A stretch of DNA of 64,000 nucleotides from Hyphomicrobiales bacterium (GTDB lineage: Bacteria > Pseudomonadota > Alphaproteobacteria > Rhizobiales > Beijerinckiaceae), in the NCBI GenBank assembly GCA_027483945.1, contig JAIXTM010000003.1:55873-119872 (forward strand), given 5' to 3'. This document shows positions 9,135 to 16,987 of the stretch, piece by piece; positions within the stretch are counted from its first letter, which is position 1, and every line of letters begins with the position of its first letter. The notes beneath the pieces are model-generated. The model was not told where the DNA came from. It ran no database searches and saw only the letters and a list, made by a program, of their open reading frames with translations. The translations under genes and the position numbers were made by a program.

Positions 9135-10429
9135 GCGCCGCCGGCCGTCTCGTCCGCGACCGCCAGCCTCGCCCGCGCCCGCAATTTCTCGGTCTCGCTC
9201 TTCAGCTGGCCGCAGGCCGCCAGGATATCGCGCCCGCGCGGGGTCCGGATCGGCGAGGCATAGCCGGCATTGAAGACGATGTCCGAGAAGCGCTCGATCC
9301 GATCCCAGTCCGAGCACTCGTAGACGGTGCCGGGCCATGGATTGAACGGGATCAGATTGATCTTGGCCGGAATGCCCTTCAGCAGGCGCACCAGTTCGCG
9401 GGCATCGGCATCGCTGTCGTTCACGTCCTTCAGCATCACGTATTCGAACGTGATCCGCTTGGCGTTCGACACGCCCGGATAGGTCCGGCAGGCCTCGAGC
9501 AGTTCGGCGATCGGATAGCGCTTGTTGAGCGGCACCAGCTTGTCGCGCAGGTCGTCCCGCACCGCGTGGAGCGAGATGGCGAGCATCGACCCGATCTCGT
9601 CGCCGGCCCGCCCGATCATCGGCACGACGCCGGATGTGGAGAGCGTGATGCGCCGCTTGCCGAGCCCGATCCCGTCACCGTCGCTCACGATGTCGAGCGC
9701 GTCGCGCACATTCTCGAAATTGTAGAGCGGCTCGCCCATGCCCATCATGACGATGTTGGACACGTAGCGCCCGCCATCGACCTCCGGCACGAAGCCGTCG
9801 CTCGGCGGCGTTGCGCCGGGCCATTCGCCCAGCCGGTCGCGGGCGACCATCACCTGCGCCACGATCTCCGCCGCGCTGAGGTTGCGCACCAGGCGCTGCG
9901 TGCCGGTATGGCAGAAGGTGCAGGTCAGCGTGCAGCCGACCTGGCTGGAAACGCACAGCGTCCCGCGGTCGGCTTCGGGGATGTAGACGCACTCGATCTC
10001 GGCACCGCGCCCGGTATGGACACGCTCGGCAGCGCCGGTGGACGGCATCCGCAGCAGCCATTTGCGCGTCCCGTCCTTGGAGACCTGCTCGGAGACGATC
10101 TCCGGGCGCGCCAAGGTGAATTGTTCGGCCAGCCTGCGGCGCAGGTCCTTGCCGACATTCGACATCTCGTCGAAATCGGAGGCGCCGCGCGTGTAGATCC
10201 ATTGCCAGAGCTGGGCGACGCGCATGCGCCGCTCCTTCTCAGGGACGCCGATTTCCTCCAGCGCCAGCGCCAGGCGCGGGCGGTCGAGCCCGATCAGCGA
10301 CGGCCTGTCGCCGCGCGCGAACGCCGTTTCGGCCACGTCGGCGATCTTCTCGATGCCGTCGATGAGCGGCGCGGCCTGCGGCACGCCCGCTTCGGGAGTG
10401 ACTGAATGGGTCATGATGGGCGGGGCCAT
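9131..10429 (-). CDS. rlmN: 23S rRNA/tRNA (adenine-C2)-methyltransferase RlmN (radical SAM)
   Basis: ORF 9131..10600. Radical-SAM cluster motif [12 protein letters not shown] plus MGMGEPL and ISLHA motifs. The start is ambiguous (ATG 10429 or 10414); the longer ORF-track N-terminus is Arg/Pro-rich junk. Confidence 0.9.
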   Translation of the reverse strand: MAPPIMTHSVTPEAGVPQAAPLIDGIEKIADVAETAFARGDRPSLIGLDRPRLALALEEIGVPEKERRMRVAQLWQWIYTRGASDFDEMSNVGKDLRRRLAEQFTLARPEIVSEQVSKDGTRKWLLRMPSTGAAERVHTGRGAEIECVYIPEADRGTLCVSSQVGCTLTCTFCHTGTQRLVRNLSAAEIVAQVMVARDRLGEWPGATPPSDGFVPEVDGGRYVSNIVMMGMGEPLYNFENVRDALDIVSDGDGIGLGKRRITLSTSGVVPMIGRAGDEIGSMLAISLHAVRDDLRDKLVPLNKRYPIAELLEACRTYPGVSNAKRITFEYVMLKDVNDSDADARELVRLLKGIPAKINLIPFNPWPGTVYECSDWDRIERFSDIVFNAGYASPIRTPRGRDILAACGQLKSETEKLRARARLAVADETAGGA

Positions 10430-10526
10430 ACCACAAAAGCGCCCCTCCGGCCAACGTATGGGCTTGGGGACCGGCCCGCGGCGGCTGCGCGCGGGTCGCA
10501 TCGTCAGGCGCCAAAAGGCGCCGGAC

Positions 10527-11222
10527 TTAGGGACATTCCTTCTGCGTCCGCTCCCACGACTTGGTGAAGCCCGACAGCGAGAACGTGTCGGTGGAGGCAT
10601 TGCCGCGGCTGGAGGTGACGGCGACCTTCAGTTCGGAACCACCGACCAGCGCCTGGATGAATTGCGGCTCCTCGGCCGGGTTGCGCAGCCAGGCCTTGCC
10701 GTCCTTCGTCACGATGTCGAAGCTGCGCTCGCCGACCGTCGCCTTGGCCGGCACGGTGTCGCGGGTCGGGAAGCCGAGAACGAGCGCCACCTCGCCCTTC
10801 ACCTTCTCCGCCGGGCGGTTCGTCACGAAAATGTAGCCGTCGTCGCGTTTGAGCGTGTTCGGCGCCCGGCCCGTGGGCTGCGAGGCGGCGTAGCAATAGC
10901 GGCCGGCACCCTGGCCACCGACATAGGCGCCCCAGGAGCCGGTCGTCTCGACGGCGGTCGCCTGACCCATACCGGCGCCGCCGGCCGCAGGCCTGGCGGG
11001 CGTGGTCTGGCCCGGCCGCGTCGGATTGGCGGCGGCGGGCGCCCGGTTCGCCGGAGCGGCGGGTTGGGCGGCGGGCCGTGCCGGCGTGGGCTGCGCACGC
11101 TGTGTGGGAGCCGAGCTCGGTGCCGGCTGGGCAGGCCGCTGCGGCTGCTGGGCGAAGGCCGGGAACGAGAGGAGCGCGGCGGCCAGAGCCGCGGCGAAGG
11201 CGTGGGAGGTCGTCCGAATCAT
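10527..11222 (-). CDS. invasion-associated locus B (IalB) family periplasmic protein
   Basis: ORF 10527..11231, with the ATG at 11222 preceded by GAGGGT. Signal peptide [25 protein letters not shown], a Pro/Ala/Gln-rich linker, then an IalB-like C-terminal domain ([24 protein letters not shown]...[12 protein letters not shown]...). Confidence 0.75.
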   Translation of the reverse strand: MIRTTSHAFAAALAAALLSFPAFAQQPQRPAQPAPSSAPTQRAQPTPARPAAQPAAPANRAPAAANPTRPGQTTPARPAAGGAGMGQATAVETTGSWGAYVGGQGAGRYCYAASQPTGRAPNTLKRDDGYIFVTNRPAEKVKGEVALVLGFPTRDTVPAKATVGERSFDIVTKDGKAWLRNPAEEPQFIQALVGGSELKVAVTSSRGNASTDTFSLSGFTKSWERTQKECP

Positions 11223-11498
11223 GGCAAGCACATTACCCTCGGCTGCAGCCGCTAGCCACGCGGGCGACGCCTTGAACCGCCGCCGGCCCGCTCCGGCTCA
11301 GAACAACGAAAACCGGGCAGAACCATGGTCGGCGGACGGTTTGCCCGTCCGCACGTCGCAAAGCGGGGCCATGCGACACAGGGACTTGGCGAGACGCACC
11401 CCGTCGCGTTTAACATGGGGCACGCCGAACCCGAAGCGGCGCGCTTCTCGCGAGCCGCACCCCGGCTGGGACCTGCAGCCGGGCGACATGGAGTAGAC

Positions 11499-12065
11499 GT
11501 GATCTCTCAGGCCGATTTCGCCGCGCTCGTCCGTGCCGTCGCGCAGGACCGGGACCGCCAGGCCTTCGCCCGGCTGTTCACCCATTTCGCGCCGCGGCTG
11601 AACGGATATCTCCTGCGCAACGGCGCGGACGCCGCCTTGGCCGAGGAGATCGTCCAGGACGTCATGACGACGCTCTGGCGCAAGGCCGACCTGTTCGATC
11701 CGGCCAAGTCGTCGCTCTCGACCTGGCTCTATCGGATCGCGCGCAACCGGCGCATCGACCTCATTCGGCGCGCGCAGGTCAAGCAGGTCGACGCCGAGGA
11801 CCCCGTGCTCCTGCCGCCCGACATCGTCCCGCCGGATGCGATCATGGACCTGCAGCAACGGGAGGCGGCGACGCGCGAGGCGCTCAAGGCGCTGCCGGAG
11901 GAACAGCTAGCCCTGGTTCGCCTCGCCTTTTTCGACGGGCTGTCGCATGGGGAGATCGCGGCGCAGACGGGCTTGCCGCTGGGTACGGTGAAGTCGCGGA
12001 TCCGCCTCGCCTTCACCCGGCTGCGGCGGGAGCTGGAGGCGGCGGGGATCGTCTCCCCGCCCTGA
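11499..12065 (+). CDS. ECF (sigma-70 family group 4) RNA polymerase sigma factor
   Basis: Tail of ORF 11325..12065. GTG at 11499 has GGAG 5 nt upstream. Region 2 (EEIVQDVMTTLWRKADLFDPAKSSLSTWLYRIARNRRIDLIR) and region 4 (LVRLAFFDGLSHGEIAAQTGLPLGTVKSRIRLA). An alternative ATG start is at 11415. Confidence 0.85.
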   Translation: MISQADFAALVRAVAQDRDRQAFARLFTHFAPRLNGYLLRNGADAALAEEIVQDVMTTLWRKADLFDPAKSSLSTWLYRIARNRRIDLIRRAQVKQVDAEDPVLLPPDIVPPDAIMDLQQREAATREALKALPEEQLALVRLAFFDGLSHGEIAAQTGLPLGTVKSRIRLAFTRLRRELEAAGIVSPP

Positions 12066-12069
12066 GACT

Positions 12070-12456
12070 TCAATCGTCGCGAGTGGCGCCGGCCAGGGCG
12101 GATTTGGCCTTGGCCCGGTGTTCGGGCGTGATGGCGCCGGACACCGAGGCAATCGCGGTCGCGATCACGGCCGCGTCGTCGGCGAAGCCCAGCAGTGGCA
12201 GGAAGTCGGCAATCGCGTCGGTCGGCAGCACGAAATAGGCGAGCGCCGCCAGGAGCGTCAGCTTCACGCGGCGGGGCGTCGCGGGATCGCGGGCGCAATA
12301 ATAGGCCGCCGCCACGTCCTCCGCGAAGGGTAGCCGCGCGGCGACGCGGCCCAACGTGGACCACGTGTCGCTGAGGACGCCCCGCTCATCGCGGAACGCG
12401 CGGCGCATCGCATCCATCTCGGCGCGGCTGAACGGACGGCGGAACGGGTTGGCCAT
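12070..12456 (-). CDS. DUF1232 (YkvA-like) membrane protein
   Basis: Internal ATG of ORF 12070..12603, preceded by GAGGAGG. LTLLAALAYFVLPTDAIADFLPLLGFADDAAVI is the characteristic DUF1232 core. Confidence 0.65.
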   Translation of the reverse strand: MANPFRRPFSRAEMDAMRRAFRDERGVLSDTWSTLGRVAARLPFAEDVAAAYYCARDPATPRRVKLTLLAALAYFVLPTDAIADFLPLLGFADDAAVIATAIASVSGAITPEHRAKAKSALAGATRDD

Positions 12457-12632
12457 CGGAATCCTCCTCGCGCCATCATATGGGGAGGCTCCGACCTTCA
12501 CGGCAAGACATGCCAGCGGGTGCGCGTAGCGGCCCGTGTGGGTTGCCATATCCGCGCACGGAGCGCCGCCTGTCCCCGCGCGATCCCGTGCGCTAAGACG
12601 CACACGAACGAGAACAGCGGGAAGGATACGCC

Positions 12633-13418
12633 ATGCAGCTCGACGCCAACCTCTCGGCCATCGTCACCGGCGGCGCCTCCGGCCTTGGCGAGGCCACGGC
12701 CCGGATGCTGGCCGGCCACGGCGTCCGCGTCGCCGTCTTCGACATGAACGCCGAGCGCGGCGAGGCGGTCGCCCGCGACATCGGCGGTTCATTCTGCCAA
12801 GTCGACGTCGCCGACGAGGCCTCGGTCGATGCGGGCCTCGCAAAGGCACGAGGCGCCAACGGCGTGGAGCGGATCCTCGTCAATTGCGCCGGCATCGCGC
12901 CGGGCCGGCGCGTCGTCTCGAAGAATCGCGAGACGGGAGCCCTGATCGCTCATGACCTCGCCACCTTCCGCAAGACGGTCGAGGTCAACCTGATCGGGAC
13001 GTTCCACATGATGGCCAAATGCGCGGTCGCCATGGCCGCGCTCGCGCCTGTCACGCCAGACGGCGGGCGCGGCGTGATCGTCTCCACCGCCTCCGTGGCG
13101 GCCACGGACGGACAGATCGGCCAGGCCGCCTATTCCGCCTCCAAGGGCGGTGTGCTCGGCCTGACCCTGCCGGTCGCCCGGGATCTCGCCGGCTCAGGCA
13201 TCCGGGTCATGACGATCATGCCGGGCCTGTTCGAGACGCCGATGTTCGCCTCCGTCCCGGACGATTTCCGCAAGGCGCTGGAGGCCAGCGTACCCTTCCC
13301 CTCGCGGCTGGGCCGGCCGGAGGAATATGCCAGGCTGGTCAAGGCCATCGTCGAGAACGACATGCTCAACGGCGAGGCGATCCGCCTCGACGGCGCCGTC
13401 CGGCTTCAGCCGAAGTGA
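12633..13418 (+). CDS. SDR-family 3-hydroxyacyl-CoA dehydrogenase (type II HADH-like)
   Basis: ORF 12633..13418. TGGASGLG cofactor motif, Y-x3-K (AAYSASKGG), and overall type-II HADH-like layout. Confidence 0.85.
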   Translation: MQLDANLSAIVTGGASGLGEATARMLAGHGVRVAVFDMNAERGEAVARDIGGSFCQVDVADEASVDAGLAKARGANGVERILVNCAGIAPGRRVVSKNRETGALIAHDLATFRKTVEVNLIGTFHMMAKCAVAMAALAPVTPDGGRGVIVSTASVAATDGQIGQAAYSASKGGVLGLTLPVARDLAGSGIRVMTIMPGLFETPMFASVPDDFRKALEASVPFPSRLGRPEEYARLVKAIVENDMLNGEAIRLDGAVRLQPK

Positions 13419-13427
13419 CACTAGCCG

Positions 13428-13760
13428 TCAGGCCGCCATTTTCCGGCATTCCTCGGCGCAGGCCCGGCAGGTCCTGACGCACTCGTCCATGTCGCCGACC
13501 CGCTCGCAGTCGGCGGCGCAGGCCTCGCAGATCTCGGCACAGGCGCGGCACGAATGCCGGTGCGCCTCGGAGCCGGTCATCATGATGGCGGCGCTCGCGC
13601 GGCACATCTCGGCGCAGGCGATCATCAGGCGGATATGCCGGGGCTCGGCATGGGTGCCGCCGGCCTCGAGGCAATGGCCCATGGCCTCTTCCAGGCATGT
13701 CCGCGCGCAGGCCGTGCAGGCTTCTATGCAGGCTGCCATCTCATGGGAATGGTGATGCAT
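13428..13760 (-). CDS. Cys-rich four-helix-bundle copper-binding protein (DUF326/Csp3-like)
   Basis: Internal ATG at 13760 of ORF 13428..13796, preceded by GGGAGGA. The protein is 110 aa with 16 Cys in repeated CxxxC/CxxC spacing (ACIEACTACARTC...CRACAEICEACAADC...CVRTCRACAEEC). The N-terminus MHHHSHEM is His-rich and there is no signal peptide. Confidence 0.75.
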   Translation of the reverse strand: MHHHSHEMAACIEACTACARTCLEEAMGHCLEAGGTHAEPRHIRLMIACAEMCRASAAIMMTGSEAHRHSCRACAEICEACAADCERVGDMDECVRTCRACAEECRKMAA

Positions 13761-13816
13761 GGCTGGTCCTCCCTGCCGGACCAACCCATCCTGCAAGCCT
13801 TCGTTCCGGCCGGGAT

Positions 13817-14353
13817 CTAGAGCGGGTACGCCGCCTCCACCACATAGGGACCGCCGCCGACGGAATCCCGCGACGAGAACAGCACGAAGCGCTTGGCCGT
13901 GAAGACGAGCTTGCGGAAGCAGCGAGCGGCGAAATAGTCGGCGACGTCGAGCGGCGAGGCATCCCGGAGCCGCGCCAGGGTGACGTGCGGAGTGAAGCGG
14001 CGCTTCTCCGGCTCGGCCCCCGCCATGCGGGCAGCGCGCTCGTGGTCGCCCTGGAGCTCGATCAGGCTGCGGTTCGCCTCGGCCTTGGCGAAGACGGCGC
14101 GGGGCTTGTCGCCACCGAAACTCGCCAGCTCTTGCAGCGACACCTCTATGGGCCCCCGCGGGCGCACCTCGCCGAGGCTGGCGTAGAAATCGCTCGCCGT
14201 ACGGTTGTCGACGTCGCCCACGAACCGCAGCGTGATGTGGTAATTCTCCGGGTCGATCCAGCGGGCTCCCGGCAACCCGCCCCGCAGCAGCGACAATTGC
14301 GTCGCGACATCGCGAGGCACTTCAAGGCCGGTGAAAAGACGCGGCATTCGCAT
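13817..14353 (-). CDS. thpR: RNA 2',3'-cyclic phosphodiesterase (2H phosphoesterase, ThpR/LigT)
   Basis: ORF 13817..14353. Two H-x-T-x motifs (HITL, HVTL) at the spacing typical of 2H enzymes. Confidence 0.85.
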   Translation of the reverse strand: MRMPRLFTGLEVPRDVATQLSLLRGGLPGARWIDPENYHITLRFVGDVDNRTASDFYASLGEVRPRGPIEVSLQELASFGGDKPRAVFAKAEANRSLIELQGDHERAARMAGAEPEKRRFTPHVTLARLRDASPLDVADYFAARCFRKLVFTAKRFVLFSSRDSVGGGPYVVEAAYPL

Positions 14354-14460
14354 CCTCCCTTTGCGGCGGGGAAAACCGGATCGGCAGAATCGCCCGGCTC
14401 CACCCGTTCAGCATGCCCGAAAGCGGGCGCCCGTCCAGCGTCCGGCGGCCGCTTGGCCGA

Positions 14461-15507
14461 TCACGGACAGGGATTCATGTGGAGCTGATGGATCGCATCG
14501 ATCCGCTCCTCGATCTCAGGCGTGATCGCCACATCGATCGAACCGATATCGGCCTTCAATTGATCCAGACTTGTCGCCCCGATGATGTTCGAGGTGACGA
14601 AGGAGCGGGAGGTCACGAAGGCGAGCGCAAGCTGGGCAGGGTCGATCCCAAGTTCCCGGGCAAGGCCGACATAGGCGCGGATCGCAATCTCCGCGCCGGG
14701 CTTCTCGTAGCGCTGGCCACGATTGAACAGGGTCGTTCGCGCTCCCGCCGGCCGGGCCCCGTCGAGATATTTGCCGGTGAGGTAGCCTTGCGCCAGCGGC
14801 GAATAGGCCAGGAGCCCGACATCCTCGCGATGGGCGATCTCGGCGAGCGCGGTCTCGAAGGTGCGGTTGAGGAGATTGTAGGCGTTCTGGATCGACGCAA
14901 CGCGCGGCAGGCCTTTCGCCGCCGCATGGTGCAGGAACGTCATCGTGCCCCAGGCGCTCTCGTTGGACAGGCCGACATGGCGGACCTTGCCCGCCTTCAC
15001 GAGCTCTCCGAGGGCCTCGAGCGTTTCCTCGATAGGGACCGAGCCTGGATCGTCCTGCCGGCGGAAGGCCGTGGGGTTCGACCCCCACGGCATCGGCCGG
15101 TCCGGCCAGTGGAGCTGGTAGAGGTCGACATAGTCGGTCTGGAGCCGCTTCAGGCTCTTGTCGATCGCCTCGTTGATCTGCGCCCGGTCGAGGCGCGTCG
15201 GCGCGCCCGCATCGCGGAACCAGTCGTTGCCCGAACTGCCCACGACCTTCGTCGCCAGGATGACCTTGTCCCGGTTGCCGCGCGCCTTGAACCAGTTGCC
15301 GATGATCCGCTCGGTCGACCCTTGCGTCTCCGCCTTGGGCGGAATCGAGTAGAGCTCGGCCGTGTCGAAGAAATTGATGCCCCGGTCCAGGGCATAGTCC
15401 ATCTGCGCGAAGCCCTCGTCCTGCGTGTTCTGCTGGCCCCATGTCATGGTGCCGAGGCAGATGGCGCTGACCTTCAGGCCCGTGCGGCCGAGCGGGCGGT
15501 ATTCCAT
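14461..15507 (-). CDS. NADP(H)-dependent aldo/keto reductase (Tas-like)
   Basis: Internal ATG (MEYRPLGRTGLKVSAICLGTMTWG) of ORF 14461..15699, with GGAGA 8 nt upstream. AKR motifs are present throughout. Confidence 0.9.
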   Translation of the reverse strand: MEYRPLGRTGLKVSAICLGTMTWGQQNTQDEGFAQMDYALDRGINFFDTAELYSIPPKAETQGSTERIIGNWFKARGNRDKVILATKVVGSSGNDWFRDAGAPTRLDRAQINEAIDKSLKRLQTDYVDLYQLHWPDRPMPWGSNPTAFRRQDDPGSVPIEETLEALGELVKAGKVRHVGLSNESAWGTMTFLHHAAAKGLPRVASIQNAYNLLNRTFETALAEIAHREDVGLLAYSPLAQGYLTGKYLDGARPAGARTTLFNRGQRYEKPGAEIAIRAYVGLARELGIDPAQLALAFVTSRSFVTSNIIGATSLDQLKADIGSIDVAITPEIEERIDAIHQLHMNPCP

Positions 15508-15526
15508 GAGGACGATCTCCGGGATG

Positions 15527-16258
15527 TCAGGGGCGAGACAGGCCCCGCAGGAAGGCTTCGAGCGAGGGCAGGATACGGCCGACGATCGTCTCGATGCCCT
15601 TTGCCGTCGGATGGATGCCGTCCGGGAGATTGAGGCTGCGGTCGCCGGCGACGCCGTCGAGGAAGAATGGATAAAGCGGCACGCCGTGCTTGCGCGCAAG
15701 GTCCGTGTAGATCGATTCGAACCGGCGCACGTAATCGGTGCCGAGATTGGGCGCCGCCCGCATTCCGGCCAGGAACACCGCGATGCCGCGGGCCTTCAGC
15801 CGCGTGATGATGTCGTCCAGTGCCTCGCGGGTCACCGTCGGATCGAGGCCGCGAAGCATGTCGTTGGCGCCCAGGCTCACGATGACGGCGTCGGTGCCGT
15901 CCGGAACGCTCCAGTCCAGCCGCTCCCGTCCCTGCGACGCGGTGTCGCCCGAGACGCCGGCATTGGCGATCGACACCTGGAGGCCGCGCTTTTTCAGCTC
16001 CCGCTCCAGAACAACGGGGAAAGCCGCGTTCTGCGGCAGACCGTAGCCCGCCGTGAGGCTGTCGCCGAGGGCAACGACGGACAGGGGCCTGGCTTGCGCG
16101 CGAGCCGGAGAGAATTGCAGCATGGCGGCCAAGAGGATCACGATCCCGAGGGTTGAAGCGGCGACGGCTTGGACGAAGCGGCGAGCACGCCCATATGTCG
16201 CCCCTGACAGACGAACGCCGGCCCGCGGCCGGCCGAAAGCGGATTGCAGAGGGTTCAT
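15527..16258 (-). CDS. SGNH/GDSL hydrolase, arylesterase/thioesterase I (TesA-like), exported
   Basis: ORF 15527..16258. VVALGDSLTAGYG (block I Ser), GANDM, and DGIHP (block V). The N-terminus has GRARRFVQAVAAS...ARAQA, a signal peptide with a twin-arginine-like motif. Confidence 0.85.
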   Translation of the reverse strand: MNPLQSAFGRPRAGVRLSGATYGRARRFVQAVAASTLGIVILLAAMLQFSPARAQARPLSVVALGDSLTAGYGLPQNAAFPVVLERELKKRGLQVSIANAGVSGDTASQGRERLDWSVPDGTDAVIVSLGANDMLRGLDPTVTREALDDIITRLKARGIAVFLAGMRAAPNLGTDYVRRFESIYTDLARKHGVPLYPFFLDGVAGDRSLNLPDGIHPTAKGIETIVGRILPSLEAFLRGLSRP

Positions 16259-16985
16259 GACGGGAACAAGTGGCGCGCCGGCCGTCCACCTTCAAGACAT
16301 CGAGGTCAGCCTGGGTCGCGGAGCCGCCCGCGTGCATATCCTCAAGGGCGTGTCGCTGACCGTGCCGCGCGGCGAGGCCGTCGGCCTCGTCGGCCCGTCC
16401 GGCTCCGGCAAGTCCACCCTGCTCATGACCATGGCGGGTCTGGAGCGCGCCAATGCCGGCTCCGTCGTCATCGACGGCGAGGAGATCACGCGCCTTGACG
16501 AGGACAGGCTGGCTGCCTTCCGTGGTCGTCGCATCGGCGTGATCTTCCAGTCCTTCCATCTCGTGCCGACGATGACGGCGCTCGAGAACGTGGCGCTGCC
16601 GCTGGAATTCGCAGGCCTGCCCGATCCGTTCGGGCGCGCCGCCGCCGAACTGCGCGCCGTCGGCCTCGGCGATCGCATGAGCCACTATCCGGCGCAGCTC
16701 TCCGGCGGCGAGCAGCAGCGTACCGCCATCGCCCGCGCTTTGGCGCCCGATCCCGCGATCCTGGTCGCCGACGAGCCGACGGGCAGCCTCGACGAGGCGA
16801 CGGGGCGGCAGATCGCCGATCTCCTGTTCGCCATCCGCCGCGAGCGGGGCGCGACGCTCGTCCTCGTTACCCACGACATCGGCCTCGCGCGGCGCTGCGA
16901 CCGCGTGGTGAAGCTGCGCGACGGGCGTATCGAGGGCGAGGAGGACGGCGAAGGCCGGTCCCGATCCGCCGAAGCAGTGGCCTGA
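16257..16985 (+). CDS. ABC transporter ATP-binding protein (YbbA/LolD/MacB-type)
   Basis: Internal ATG at 16257 of ORF 16053..16985. Walker A GPSGSGKST, signature LSGGEQQR, Walker B ILVADEPT. Confidence 0.9.
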   Translation: MTGTSGAPAVHLQDIEVSLGRGAARVHILKGVSLTVPRGEAVGLVGPSGSGKSTLLMTMAGLERANAGSVVIDGEEITRLDEDRLAAFRGRRIGVIFQSFHLVPTMTALENVALPLEFAGLPDPFGRAAAELRAVGLGDRMSHYPAQLSGGEQQRTAIARALAPDPAILVADEPTGSLDEATGRQIADLLFAIRRERGATLVLVTHDIGLARRCDRVVKLRDGRIEGEEDGEGRSRSAEAVA

Positions 16986-16987
16986 CT

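Noticed and set aside
10930-11130. Repetitive-looking GC-rich DNA (GCCGGC/GGCGGG runs) that might be a tandem repeat.
   Set aside because: It encodes the Pro/Ala/Gln-rich linker (…[44 protein letters not shown]…) between the signal peptide and the IalB domain. It is low-complexity coding sequence with no exact repeat unit.
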